Shown here piece by piece: positions 7,466 to 17,007 of a stretch of 27,641 nt of DNA (position 1 is the stretch's first letter; every line of letters begins with the position of its first letter). Source of the stretch: Coraliomargaritaceae bacterium (GTDB taxonomy: Bacteria > Verrucomicrobiota > Verrucomicrobiia > Opitutales > Coraliomargaritaceae); assembly GCA_965656495.1 (NCBI GenBank), contig CBFHKU010000008.1:1-27641 (forward strand), in the 5' to 3' direction. The notes under the pieces were generated by a model. It ran no database searches, was not told the origin of the DNA, and saw only the letters and a program-made list of their open reading frames with translations. The position numbers and the translations under genes are program-made.

Positions 7466-8240
7466 TTCGGAAATCACGAATCCCGACGCACCCCTCGTCG
7501 ATCCGCAGGAATTGCCGGAATGGATTCTTCAGGAGGACGATGATCTCTTGATTATCAACAAACCCGGTTGGTTGGTCTGTCACCCTTCCAAGAATGGACC
7601 CTGGTCGAGTTTGGTGGGCGCGGTGCGCGAATATCTGCAAGCGGACAAATTACATTTGGTGGCGCGACTGGATCGTGAAACGAGCGGCTTGGTTATTTTC
7701 GCGCGTCGTCCGGCGGTGGCGCGGAGGTATCAAATGGCGATTCAGGAACGCCGGGTTCAAAAATCGTATTTGGCGATTCTTGAAGGGGAACTCACCGAGA
7801 CAGTGACTGCAGACCAAGCAATTGGACGACGCAAGAGCGGCGGCCCTGTGCACGTAAAAAACGAAGTGCGCCTCCATGGTGGTGGTCAGGAGGCGCTGAC
7901 GGAATTTGAACCGATTGCAAGTGGTGGCGGCTATTCCTTGGTGCGGGTACGACCCCACACGGGGCGCAAGCATCAGATTCGGGTACATGCGAATCACATA
8001 GGACATCGGGTGGTGGGCGACAAACTGTACGGCCCCGACGAGCGGCTTTATTTGGAATTTATTGAGCAGGGGTTCACCGAGCGACTGGCGGCGGTGCTAC
8101 CCTTGTCGCGTCAGGCGCTGCACTGCCATGAATACGTGTTTGATTTTCCAGACGGGGAAATGCGTTTTACTGCGCCGCTGACCGAGGATTTACAGACCTT
8201 CATTCGCGACCGCATGCATCTGGAGCCGGACTTGGACTAG
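7458..8240 (+). CDS. RluA-family RNA pseudouridine synthase
   Basis: INKPG, RLDRETSG catalytic motif, TGRKHQIRVH, VVGDKLYG, QALH. Confidence 0.93.
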   Translation: MPDSEITNPDAPLVDPQELPEWILQEDDDLLIINKPGWLVCHPSKNGPWSSLVGAVREYLQADKLHLVARLDRETSGLVIFARRPAVARRYQMAIQERRVQKSYLAILEGELTETVTADQAIGRRKSGGPVHVKNEVRLHGGGQEALTEFEPIASGGGYSLVRVRPHTGRKHQIRVHANHIGHRVVGDKLYGPDERLYLEFIEQGFTERLAAVLPLSRQALHCHEYVFDFPDGEMRFTAPLTEDLQTFIRDRMHLEPDLD

Positions 8241-8321
8241 AGGCTAACGGCGCCGCTGAAGTAAAGGATGGCGACCTGCACGAGCCCGATCATGAAACCG
8301 AGGAGGGCGCCGAGGCGTTCG
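8237..8321 (-). pseudogene. Displaced original 3' end of the DUF445 gene
   Basis: Reads ERLGALLGFMIGLVQVAILYFSGAVSL*. The first 16 residues match the DUF445 C-terminus, and its TAG overlaps the RluA TAG (CTAG at 8237-8240). Confidence 0.8.
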
Positions 8322-9446
8322 CAATTACTTCGAGGAAATATTCAGTCCTGGGTTTCTATTCTTTGGGTCTTTAGATAGTTAATAAATCTATCTTTGGGCT
8401 TACTGAATAGTTAATTACCAAGAGAATCTTCAGGGCCTACTATTATGGGAAGAGGGCCTACAAAGTAATCGCCGCCGATATATTCATCAATAACACCCGC
8501 ACTAGGCCGCCACTCATCTTTATAGATTTCTTTGCCTTTGCGATTTCTTTGAACGCCTCGGTGGAAGACACCATGTAATATTCCTTGAAGGATATTGATG
8601 GGGTCATCCCATCGGTGGCGTTCTTTAAGTGTTTTTCTACTGCTACTGCTGCTGCCAAAATAATAGCGGAGACCGAGGTAAGCCTGTTCGTAATCTTCTT
8701 CAGCATTTTGTACGGAAGCAAAGACACTGACTCCGTTTGCCGGAAGCGCGTATTCGAGATCGTATTGAATCGATTTAATATCATGCTTTGTTTGGGCGGT
8801 CAGGGTGAAGCTGAGATCATCGATAGGATAGTAGATACAGTAGAGTCCGCCAGAAAATCCTGTTTGGGAGCTGGATTCAAAGGAGACAGCTTTCTTATAT
8901 CGGATTTGATTCCAGCCTGCAGTTGAACCAAAGGTAAGGTTTTTGAGATAGTATTCACCTATACAGGATGCCCCATAACTTTTGAGCGCAGCGTCATGAA
9001 TAAAGCCGCCGTGGATTCCCAGGAGGCCTTTTTTGTGATCCCGCCAAAAAAATTGACTGCCCAAACCTTTAAATTCGTGAGCGTCTGTTTTTTGATACAA
9101 ACTATCAACCTGAATACCAAAGCTTTCTCCTATTGGAAAAGAAGCGCTGCCATCAATGGAGTACCCTTCATAGCTGTTGTAATTACCGTAAGTGCTGCTA
9201 ATTTTATAATTTAACTCTGAGACAGCTGTATTTCCAAAACTAAGCGCTTGGCTGAGGGTGATAGATATAACAAATAAAACAAATGCCTTATGCATGAGAG
9301 AAAAGAATTAATATGTAAAAATATGTTGTCAATTTCATATTTCAATTGTGCGTCCTTCGCGCATTGAAAATACCTAGCGTATAAGGCAAAAGAGCCCGAC
9401 CTGCACAAGCCCGATCATGAAACCGAGGAGGGCGCCGAGGCGTTCG
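8272..9446. mobile_element. Small AT-rich insertion bounded by 50-bp direct repeats (8272-8321 and 9397-9446); no integrase inside
   Basis: cgacctgcac(g/a)agcccgatcatgaaaccgaggagggcgccgaggcgttcg occurs twice, 1125 bp apart, with 1 mismatch. Confidence 0.8.
8411..9295 (-). CDS. Secreted protein, putative outer-membrane beta-barrel
   Basis: N-terminal signal peptide; alternating aromatic-rich strands (FGIQVD, FFWRD..KGLLG, GEYYL, LEY, LGLRYYFG) followed by LKERHRWDDP. Confidence 0.7.
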   Translation of the reverse strand: MHKAFVLFVISITLSQALSFGNTAVSELNYKISSTYGNYNSYEGYSIDGSASFPIGESFGIQVDSLYQKTDAHEFKGLGSQFFWRDHKKGLLGIHGGFIHDAALKSYGASCIGEYYLKNLTFGSTAGWNQIRYKKAVSFESSSQTGFSGGLYCIYYPIDDLSFTLTAQTKHDIKSIQYDLEYALPANGVSVFASVQNAEEDYEQAYLGLRYYFGSSSSSRKTLKERHRWDDPINILQGILHGVFHRGVQRNRKGKEIYKDEWRPSAGVIDEYIGGDYFVGPLPIIVGPEDSLGN

Positions 9447-9982
9447 ATGGTGCGGAATTCGCGTTGTGCGACTTGATTGACGATGCTTTCAAGGCGTTGG
9501 AGGTCGAAGGCGGCGATGTTGGCTTCAATCATCTGTTTGAGGTCGACGGAGCCTTCAAAACGAGTGGCGACTTTTTCCATGAGGGGGGCCGCTTCGTTTT
9601 TGATTTCAGCGGCGGCGATGACTTCAAATTGCGCGAGGAGGCCGTCGTTGATAAATCCACCGAGGAGGGGGATCGCTTGGAGTTTAGGGCCGATGCGTTC
9701 CCAGACGAGGGTTTTGGCGGCGGCTTCGAGGTCGGGGCTGAGATCGATTTTACGGATTTCTCCTTGGATGGTGTGTTGTTGGAGAATTTCGCGCTCGATG
9801 ATTTCGGCGGCTTCGGCGGCGAGTTGTTGTTGGCGGCGTGGAATCAATCCCTGCCAGGTAAGACCGGCAAAGCGGAGGGGCTGGCGCGGATGGAAGAGCA
9901 TCTTGATCGCGACCCAGTTGGTGAACCAACCAATTGCAGCGGTGATGAAGGGGGTGAGGCAAAGGAGTAGGGTCGGGTTCAT
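9374..9982 (-). CDS. DUF445 family membrane protein
   Basis: AAIGWFTNWVAIKMLFHPR...QGLIPRRQ at the N-terminus; EFRTIERLGALLGFMIGLVQ at the C-terminus. Confidence 0.9.
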   Translation of the reverse strand: MNPTLLLCLTPFITAAIGWFTNWVAIKMLFHPRQPLRFAGLTWQGLIPRRQQQLAAEAAEIIEREILQQHTIQGEIRKIDLSPDLEAAAKTLVWERIGPKLQAIPLLGGFINDGLLAQFEVIAAAEIKNEAAPLMEKVATRFEGSVDLKQMIEANIAAFDLQRLESIVNQVAQREFRTIERLGALLGFMIGLVQVGLFCLIR

Positions 9983-10000
9983 CTGGATGGTTTTGGATAC

Positions 10001-10026
10001 AAAAAAGTCCCCGGATGCAGGGGACT
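10001..10026 (-). terminator. Intrinsic terminator after ilvB
   Basis: Minus strand AGTCCCC-TGCATCC-GGGGACT followed by TTTTT. Confidence 0.75.
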
Positions 10027-10047
10027 CGCTTGGTCTTTGGCGGGGCT

Positions 10048-11835
10048 TTACTCCGTGGGGAGGATGATCTCTTTGGCGGAGAGCCCTTGCTTGATCATAG
10101 GCAAAACGTGCTCGGTGTAGGGAACTACGATTTCGAGTACATAGGGACCGTCATGCGCAATCATTTCTTCGAGGGCCTCGCGCAGATCTTCGCGTTTGAT
10201 GACGCGGCGTCCGGCAACCCCGAAGCCTTCCGCGATTTTCACGAAGTCGGGATAGAGGGCGTCGACATTGTCGGGGCCTCCGATGTCATCTTTGTCGCAG
10301 AGGATGGTTTGGCCACGGACGCTGTCATACATGAGGTCCTCCCATTGAACCACCATCCCGAGGTGTTGATTGTTGAGGATGATGGACTTCGCGTTGATTT
10401 TTTCGATCTTGGCGGTGCCGAGTTCCTGGACGTTCATGAGGAAACAGCCGTCGCCGTCGATGTTGATAACGAGGCGGTCCGGGCAGGCGACTTTTACGCC
10501 GAGGGCGGCGGGAAGGCCAAAGCCCATAGTGCCGAGACCGAGGGAACTGATGTAGGTGCGGGGTTCGCGGAATTTAAAGAATTGCGCGGCCCACATTTGG
10601 TGCTGCCCCACACCGGTGGTGATGATGGCGTCGCCTTGGGTGATGTCGTAGAGCGTTTCGATGGCCTCCTGTTGCGTGATGTGCTCGCCCTTTTCGTAGC
10701 AGAAGGGGTGCTCCGCTTTCCACTGGTCGCAGGTGGCGAGCCATTTGCTGAAGTCGGGTTTCTTGAATTTCGTTTGTTTGGCGATGGCGCTGAGGCGCGC
10801 AAGGGCGTGTTTGACGTCCGAGTGAATCGGGAGTGCGACGCGCTTGTTCTTGTTGTGTTCGGAAACATCAATGTCGATGTGGACGATTTTGGCGTCGGGT
10901 GCGAATTTATCGACCTTACCGGTGATGCGGTCATCAAAGCGGGCACCGGCGCAAATGAGGAGGTCGCTATCGCAAACCGCCCAGTTGCCGGCGACGGTGC
11001 CGTGCATCCCGAACCAATAAAGGGAGAGCGGGTGTTCCGCATCAAAGGCGCCCAGTCCCATGAGGGTGGAGGCCACCGGAATACCGGTGAGCTCGGCAAA
11101 TTCACGGAGTTCTTTATGGGCTTCACCGGAGATAATGCCGCCGCCCACATAGAGAACGGGACGTTCGGCTTCCTTGATGAGATCCAAGACCGGAGCGAGT
11201 ACCTCGTCGCTCGCTTGTGGCGCGGTGACGTCCTCGTTGTAGCCGGGAAGCTCGACCTGCGCCGGGAAGGTGGGTTTAAAGACGGCCTGTTGAACATCCT
11301 TGGGGATGTCGATCACGACCGGCCCGGGGCGACCGGTGCTGGCGATGTGAAACGCTTCTTTAATGATGCGGGGGAGGTCTTCCTTATCGAGCACGAGGTA
11401 TGAGTGCTTCACGATCGGGAGCGTCATGCCGTAAAAGTCGGTCTCCTGGAAGGCGGCTTTACCAATGAATTGCTGGTAGACTTGTCCGGTGATCGCAATG
11501 AGCGGGATGCTGTCCATGAAAGCGTCAGCGATACAGGTAACGAGATTGGTGGCTCCGGGGCCGCTGGTGGCCATACAGACCGCCGGTTTTCCGGTGACGC
11601 GGGCATGTCCGTGCGCCATGAAACCACCACCTTGTTCAAAGCGCGGCAGGATCGTGCGAATTTGTTTACTCTTGGTGAGCGCTTGGTGCAGCTCCAACGA
11701 GGCACCTCCGGGATAAGCATACACCACATCCACGCCCTCACGTTCAAGCGCGGCGACCATGACATCGGCGCCCTTCATTTCCGGACCTATTTCGTCCTGC
11801 TTTGGGAATGCGATGGCTTTTTCTGTATTTTTCAT
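10048..11835 (-). CDS. ilvB: Acetolactate synthase large (catalytic) subunit, biosynthetic type
   Basis: [57 protein letters not shown]...NN TPP motif; likely start ATG at 11835. Confidence 0.95.
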   Translation of the reverse strand: MKNTEKAIAFPKQDEIGPEMKGADVMVAALEREGVDVVYAYPGGASLELHQALTKSKQIRTILPRFEQGGGFMAHGHARVTGKPAVCMATSGPGATNLVTCIADAFMDSIPLIAITGQVYQQFIGKAAFQETDFYGMTLPIVKHSYLVLDKEDLPRIIKEAFHIASTGRPGPVVIDIPKDVQQAVFKPTFPAQVELPGYNEDVTAPQASDEVLAPVLDLIKEAERPVLYVGGGIISGEAHKELREFAELTGIPVASTLMGLGAFDAEHPLSLYWFGMHGTVAGNWAVCDSDLLICAGARFDDRITGKVDKFAPDAKIVHIDIDVSEHNKNKRVALPIHSDVKHALARLSAIAKQTKFKKPDFSKWLATCDQWKAEHPFCYEKGEHITQQEAIETLYDITQGDAIITTGVGQHQMWAAQFFKFREPRTYISSLGLGTMGFGLPAALGVKVACPDRLVINIDGDGCFLMNVQELGTAKIEKINAKSIILNNQHLGMVVQWEDLMYDSVRGQTILCDKDDIGGPDNVDALYPDFVKIAEGFGVAGRRVIKREDLREALEEMIAHDGPYVLEIVVPYTEHVLPMIKQGLSAKEIILPTE

Positions 11836-11970
11836 GTGAATGTGGGTGTCTCGGGAAAACGGCTGACTTGCCGTGAAAATAAAAGAATGTAGGATAAGAT
11901 AGGATTCAACGGGAAAATCAAGCATGGAAGGGGCTTGCCCGCATAGTTAAAATGAGCAGTTTGAATCATC

Positions 11971-12768
11971 ATGCCAAAAGTATTATTCCTCGGTGACATC
12001 GTAGGCCGCCCCGGTCGCAACTTTGTGCAGGCACGTTTGCCCGATCTGCGCGAAGCATGGGACGTGGACTGCGTGATTGCCAATGCTGAAAATGCCGCTG
12101 GTGGGGCGGGTCTCACAACCAAGATCGCAGAGGAACTGCTGTCCGCGGGGGTGGACGCTATCACGCTGGGTGATCACGTATGGGACCAGAAGAATTTTGA
12201 GAATGAAATCAATGCCTTGGAGCGGGTTTGCCGCCCGGCGAATTTGCCGGAGGCGAACCCGGGGCGCCGCTTTCTTGTGATTGAAAAGGATGGTTTTCGC
12301 TTGGGTGTGGCAACGGTGCTCGGGCGAAACTTCATGGGGATCAAGGCGGACGCCTGTCCCTTTAAGACCGCGGATGCCCTCCTGCGTGAACTTAAGGAGG
12401 AACAGTCCTGTGATGCGGTCTTTATCGAAGCGCACATGGAGGCCACCTCCGAGAAAATCGCCCTCGGTTGGCATTTGGACGGACGCGCTGCAGCGGTGAT
12501 TGGGACGCACACCCACGTGCCCACTGCCGACGGGCGGGTTTTGCCCGCCGGTACCGCTTACCTGACTGATGCGGGCATGTGCGGACCCTATGCCTCGGTG
12601 CTCGGTCGCGAAGTCGAGAGCGTCAACGCAAGTTTCCTTGATGGGATGAAACGCCGTTTTCCGGTCGCGGAAGGGGACGTGCGCCTCGCCGGAGCGCTGA
12701 TAGAAATCGAAGCGAGCCGCGGCGTGGCGACTTCCTTTGAGCGCGTGGAAGTTGCCGCAAAAGACTGA
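11971..12768 (+). CDS. YmdB/TIGR00282-family metallophosphoesterase
   Basis: [51 protein letters not shown]. Confidence 0.93.
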   Translation: MPKVLFLGDIVGRPGRNFVQARLPDLREAWDVDCVIANAENAAGGAGLTTKIAEELLSAGVDAITLGDHVWDQKNFENEINALERVCRPANLPEANPGRRFLVIEKDGFRLGVATVLGRNFMGIKADACPFKTADALLRELKEEQSCDAVFIEAHMEATSEKIALGWHLDGRAAAVIGTHTHVPTADGRVLPAGTAYLTDAGMCGPYASVLGREVESVNASFLDGMKRRFPVAEGDVRLAGALIEIEASRGVATSFERVEVAAKD

Positions 12769-12776
12769 AGGCGATT

Positions 12777-13037
12777 CTAAGCCTCGATGACGACGTCGCC
12801 TTCACCGGCGGGTTGACAGCAGCAGAGGAGGGCATGGCCGTCGTCGGGTTCGCCGGTGTGGCCGTTCTCGTACTCGATTTCACCGGAGAGAATTTTGTGC
12901 TGACAGGAGGTGCAGTTTCCCATGCGGCATCCGAAGGGGAGGTTGAGTCCGTTGGCTTCAGCCAGTTCCAGGATGTTATCCTCGGAGGGGGTCCACTCCA
13001 ATTCCATGTTGGAGAGTTTAAAAATGATTTTTGCCAT
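12777..13037 (-). CDS. 2Fe-2S ferredoxin
   Basis: [20 protein letters not shown]...LLCC. Confidence 0.92.
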   Translation of the reverse strand: MAKIIFKLSNMELEWTPSEDNILELAEANGLNLPFGCRMGNCTSCQHKILSGEIEYENGHTGEPDDGHALLCCCQPAGEGDVVIEA

Positions 13038-13079
13038 TGCTTGAGAGAAGTGACAAGTTGAGGTTTTGCAACACGAGAA

Positions 13080-13322
13080 ATGAAAGGAACTTCAAAAATT
13101 CGCCAGATTGATTATGCGACGCCACGGATGCTGGTGGCGTATTCGGGGAAGCGGGTGGTGCGCCTGACAGGGAAGGAGACCCGTTATAAATTTTCGGGGA
13201 TTTTGGTTGAGGGCATTGAGGATGATTTTGCTAAAATCGGGGAGGAGCGCGATGATTGGCAAAAGAGTGCCTTTCCGCTGCCGTGGACGGATTCGCCGGA
13301 ACGGGTGGAGGCCTGCTCCTGA
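13080..13322 (+). CDS. Small hypothetical protein
   Basis: 80-aa ATG ORF filling the gap divergent from the ferredoxin; no recognisable motif. Confidence 0.5.
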   Translation: MKGTSKIRQIDYATPRMLVAYSGKRVVRLTGKETRYKFSGILVEGIEDDFAKIGEERDDWQKSAFPLPWTDSPERVEACS

Positions 13323-13376
13323 GATAATACCAAGAAGGGCAAACTTTTTTTGATAGGTAGGGTCAATAGATATATT

Positions 13377-14303
13377 ATGAAAAATATACTCTGCGTAATA
13401 TTTGCGGTCGGTTTGATCCTTGCTTGGGGTGGCTGTGATCATCAGGGCAAGGAGAATGAGAAGCCGGTGTATCAGTTTTATGAGAAGGAGGCGGTTCGTC
13501 ATTACGCCGCTTATAAAGCAACCGGGGTGTTGCCTGATTTTTCGATGCTTACGGAATCGCGACCGACACGGGATGACGCTTATGTCTTTCAGGAATATTA
13601 TGCGAAAGCTTTTCTTGCGGATGGCGACCGACTGATTGGCTATAAACTTGGCTTTACGGGTAAGGCGGCACCACCCGGGGCGGCGGCACCGCTATTGGGG
13701 CGTATTTTTGAGTCTCAACTGGTGGATGATTCGAGGGCATTTTTCTTATCGGAATTAGGGAATCCGATTGTGGAGATTGAGTTGGCCTTTCGCTTCAAGC
13801 AGGATCTGGAACTGGGGGCAGATATGGAAACGATTATTGCGGCGATTGAATCAGTGGCGGGGGCGGTTGAAGTGCCGAATCCAAACTATAAGAAGCCAGA
13901 GCATTTTAACGGCTTGAATTTCATTGCGCACAGTGTGGTTTCAAAGCGTTTGTTGTTGGGGGAATGGACTTCCTTCAGCGAGACCCTCGCCTTGAATGAA
14001 CTGGAGGTGGCCTTAACGAAACCGGATGGGGAACAGATATTTTTTAAGTCTCAAAATGTTCTACCCCACGACAACCGCCACCATTATGCTGCAATTCAAT
14101 ATGCAGTGAATGAATTGGGCAGCCGGAACCAAGGCATCCGGGCGGGAGATATTTTAATCACCGGTTCAATGGGTTATGCGCTTTCCGGGGCGCGCGATGA
14201 TACCGGAAAGGCTGTTACCGGAACTTACCAAATGATCCAGGGTGATTATGCGGTCGATTTTGGACCCGATCTTGGAGCCCTTGATTTTACGGTCACGGAT
14301 TAA
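13377..14303 (+). CDS. 2-keto-4-pentenoate hydratase-like (FAH superfamily) protein with a lipoprotein-like signal
   Basis: GYKLGFTG, PLLGRIF, VEIELAFR, AVEVP, AGDILITGS; N-terminus MKNILCVIFAVGLILAWGGC. Confidence 0.8.
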   Translation: MKNILCVIFAVGLILAWGGCDHQGKENEKPVYQFYEKEAVRHYAAYKATGVLPDFSMLTESRPTRDDAYVFQEYYAKAFLADGDRLIGYKLGFTGKAAPPGAAAPLLGRIFESQLVDDSRAFFLSELGNPIVEIELAFRFKQDLELGADMETIIAAIESVAGAVEVPNPNYKKPEHFNGLNFIAHSVVSKRLLLGEWTSFSETLALNELEVALTKPDGEQIFFKSQNVLPHDNRHHYAAIQYAVNELGSRNQGIRAGDILITGSMGYALSGARDDTGKAVTGTYQMIQGDYAVDFGPDLGALDFTVTD

Positions 14304-14337
14304 ACGAAATAGTTCGCCTTGGGGCTTCCAAACCGAC

Positions 14338-14943
14338 CTATATCAAGTGAAGGATTGGATGTAGGATTTTCAGGCGTTGATTATTGGTCAGTTCAAAGAG
14401 GTCAAAGTTCTTGAGTTCGCGAAGGAGATTATCTTTTTCGGCAAAGATGGGTTTGTTGAAAATCTTTAAGTCAGATGGATTGAATCGTATATTGAAGGGG
14501 GCATCGCGATAGTTTGACTGGGTGAGCGCTTTAATATCACCGCCAATCTTTTTTATCTCACGCTGCATTTCTTTAAGCCAGCCCATGGATTTAGCAGTTT
14601 CGCTCACTTCTTTTATTTGGTCTTTGTTCAGGCATTCAATATTACGAATTTGTCCGACGTAGCGATAATACGGTCCGGTGCTCTCGCCCCGCGATTCGAT
14701 GGTATAAAGGATCGAATCGAATTTGCCTTCGCGTGTGTAGGAGCTTTGCTTGAGTTTGTGGACGCCCCGGATGAATCCGTATTGAAAGTTGTCCATGATC
14801 CAACTTTTTCTAAAAAGCCACTCGTCAAAGTGGAATCCGTGGCGGGCAAAAAAGCTTCGTTTATTCGTAAGCTTTGCAATACCAGAGGGATGTTCCCAGC
14901 CTTGATTGTTTTGTGTGATTCGGGCTACGTAGATGTCCTGCAT
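14338..14943 (-). CDS. Hypothetical AT-rich accessory protein
   Basis: 201-aa ATG ORF preceded by a very AT-rich upstream region; ARIT.N..GW..PSG...HGF..DEWLF...YGFI motif. Confidence 0.7.
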   Translation of the reverse strand: MQDIYVARITQNNQGWEHPSGIAKLTNKRSFFARHGFHFDEWLFRKSWIMDNFQYGFIRGVHKLKQSSYTREGKFDSILYTIESRGESTGPYYRYVGQIRNIECLNKDQIKEVSETAKSMGWLKEMQREIKKIGGDIKALTQSNYRDAPFNIRFNPSDLKIFNKPIFAEKDNLLRELKNFDLFELTNNQRLKILHPILHLI

Positions 14944-15220
14944 GACTAATATTGGTTATTGGAAGTAAACAATGAATGGAATAAAACTATTAGAAAAACA
15001 AAAACAACCTAAAAATTTATAATAAAAAGTAAAAATTACGAGGAGCGCTTGAAGAATCTTTTTTCTAATTTATCTGCGCTTGGGTTTTTACGGCGTGAGG
15101 GTGATAAGTTCGAAAACGTAGTCATTCGATCCTGTGCATCCGCGCTTGACAGTGGGGCGGGGAGTCCTTTTTTTCTCACCTTTTCTCTGATTGCGACAAT
15201 TGTCGTCCATCCAATAACTT

Positions 15221-15823
15221 ATGGCACTTAAAATTCGTCTCCAACGACATGGCGCAAGCCATCGTCCTTTTTATCGCATGGTTGTAACTGAAGCGGCGGC
15301 TCGTCGCGATGGCCGTTTCGTCGAGGTGCTGGGCACTTACGAACCGCAGGCCAGCAAACCAGAAAATGAACTGCTGCTCAAACTTGAGCGTATTGATTAC
15401 TGGAAATCAGTTGGAGCCAAACCAACCGACACCGCTGCGAGCTTGATTCGTCAAGCACGCCGGGGCCCTGTAACACCTGCGCCCAAGAAGGCAAAGGCAG
15501 AGGTCACTGCTGCAGTTGAAGCAGCGGACGCACCTGCTCCCGAAGCGGTTGAGCCCGAAGAAGAGGCTGTAGCTGAGGCTGCGACTGAAGCTGAAGCAGA
15601 AGCACCTGCCGCAACAGAGGCAGTAGCCGAGGAAGCACCTGCTGAAGAAGCAGCATCCGGGGAAGCGCCTGCAGAGGAAGCAGAAGCACCTGCTGGCCCT
15701 GACTGCGGATGCGGCAAAACCCAAGACCCGAACGGCAAATGTGATGGTTCGCATGCCAAGAAGGATGAGCCGGTTGCCGAAGTCACCGAGGAGCAGGCTG
15801 AATCGAAAGAAGAGGAGTCTTAA
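15221..15823 (+). CDS. rpsP: 30S ribosomal protein S16 with a long acidic tail containing a CDGSH-like motif
   Basis: MALKIRLQRHG...PFYRMVV...RRDGRFVEVLGTYEP...WKSVGAKPTDT; precedes trmD-rplS. Confidence 0.96.
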   Translation: MALKIRLQRHGASHRPFYRMVVTEAAARRDGRFVEVLGTYEPQASKPENELLLKLERIDYWKSVGAKPTDTAASLIRQARRGPVTPAPKKAKAEVTAAVEAADAPAPEAVEPEEEAVAEAATEAEAEAPAATEAVAEEAPAEEAASGEAPAEEAEAPAGPDCGCGKTQDPNGKCDGSHAKKDEPVAEVTEEQAESKEEES

Positions 15824-15862
15824 AGATTTCTCAACTTCCTATGGGTACTCGGCCCGAAGATC

Positions 15863-16552
15863 ATGAAACTCGAGTTTGATATATTGACCCTCTTCCCTGA
15901 AATGGTGGAGGGTTTTTTATCGTCCAGTATGATGGGGCGCGCGCAGTCGGCTGGTTTGATACGCGCGGAGGCGCATCAATTGCGCGATTGGGCGGGCGGT
16001 AAACACCGAAAGACCGATGAAATTCCCTACGGCGGTGGCGCGGGGATGGTCATGAAACCGGAGCCGATATTTGAGGGGGTCGAAGCTTTGCGTCGCGAGG
16101 ATTCGAAGGTGATTTATCTCGCGCCGGACGGCGAACCGCTCACGAGTCGATTGGCGAGGGATTTGGCTGAGGAAAAACATTTGATACTATTGAGCGGTCA
16201 CTACGAGGGGGTTGACCAGCGGGTACGCGATACTCTGGTCGATCGTGAAGTGAGCGTGGGTGATTACGTTTTGACCAATGGAACCCTGGCGGCTGCGATT
16301 CTGATTGATTGTGTGAGTCGTTTTGTGCCGGGATTTTTGGGAGACGAAAAATCCTTGACGGAAGAATCCTTCATGGGCAGTTTTCTCGGCTTTCCTCAGT
16401 ATACGCGTCCACCGGAGTTTCGGGGGATGGTTGTACCGGAGGTGCTCCTCTCGGGAGATCATGCTGCGATTGCAAAATGGCGGCGCGAACAACAAATTTT
16501 AAAAACCCGGTCGCTCCGGCCGGATCTATTAGAAAAGGACGAAACATCATGA
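15863..16552 (+). CDS. trmD: tRNA (guanine-N1)-methyltransferase
   Basis: DILTLFPE, PYGGGAGMVMKPEP, GHYEGVDQRV, SVGDYVLTNG, PQYTRP, VPEVLLSGDH. Confidence 0.97.
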   Translation: MKLEFDILTLFPEMVEGFLSSSMMGRAQSAGLIRAEAHQLRDWAGGKHRKTDEIPYGGGAGMVMKPEPIFEGVEALRREDSKVIYLAPDGEPLTSRLARDLAEEKHLILLSGHYEGVDQRVRDTLVDREVSVGDYVLTNGTLAAAILIDCVSRFVPGFLGDEKSLTEESFMGSFLGFPQYTRPPEFRGMVVPEVLLSGDHAAIAKWRREQQILKTRSLRPDLLEKDETS

Positions 16553-16914
16553 GCCAAGCAATTCTCGAAGATATTACGAATGAACAGTTGAAGGACGACC
16601 GCGCTGATTTCAAAGTGGGTGACGGCGTGCGGGTGCACTTAAAAGTTCAGGAAGGTAACAAGACCCGTATTCAGGTTTTTGCGGGGATCATTATTTGCCG
16701 CAAGGGTGCGGGTATCGCCGAAACATTTACAGTGCGTCGTATCGCATCCGGTGTGGGTGTGGAAAAGGTTTTCCCGGTGCACAGCCCAACCATCGAGAAG
16801 GTCGAGATTGACCGCGAGTCGGTCACGATGCGTGCGCGGATGTACTACCTGCGTGACCGCATTGGCAAGGCTGCCAATCAGGTGAAGGAAAAACGCTTGG
16901 TTGACGCCAAGTAG
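16549..16914 (+). CDS. rplS: 50S ribosomal protein L19
   Basis: FKVGDGVRVH..V.EG.K.RIQVF.G...ETFTVRRIASGVGVEKVFPVHSP; ATGA overlap with the trmD stop. Confidence 0.97.
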   Translation: MSQAILEDITNEQLKDDRADFKVGDGVRVHLKVQEGNKTRIQVFAGIIICRKGAGIAETFTVRRIASGVGVEKVFPVHSPTIEKVEIDRESVTMRARMYYLRDRIGKAANQVKEKRLVDAK

Positions 16915-16920
16915 TTTTTC

Positions 16921-17006
16921 AACGCAAAGGTCTGCTGCTCTGTTTATTATTAACGCAGAGGAGCGAAGTAACTGAGTCATCCTTTGGTGCTTTGGATCTC
17001 TGTGTT
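16921..17006. repeat. Degenerate inward-facing AACGCAGAG-family repeats
   Basis: aacgcaaagg (16921), aacgcagaggagcgaagtaactgag (16952-16976) and inverted ctttggtgctttggatctctgtgtt (16982-17006). Confidence 0.65.
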
Positions 17007-17007
17007 T

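Noticed and set aside
10015..11403. 462-aa plus-strand ORF, and similar long antisense ORFs such as 1894-3060 and 26294-27034
   Set aside because: These are antisense shadows of well-supported genes, expected from GC-rich codon bias.
13323..15048. Defined mobile element around the two AT-rich genes
   Set aside because: Only a 6-bp inverted match (GCTCCT/AGGAGC) near the edges; no convincing direct repeats or mobility gene.
15221..16914. rimM missing from rpsP-trmD-rplS, and infC missing before rpmI
   Set aside because: Operon variation of this kind is known (e.g. rpsP-trmD-rplS in Chlamydiae) and absence cannot be judged from one window.
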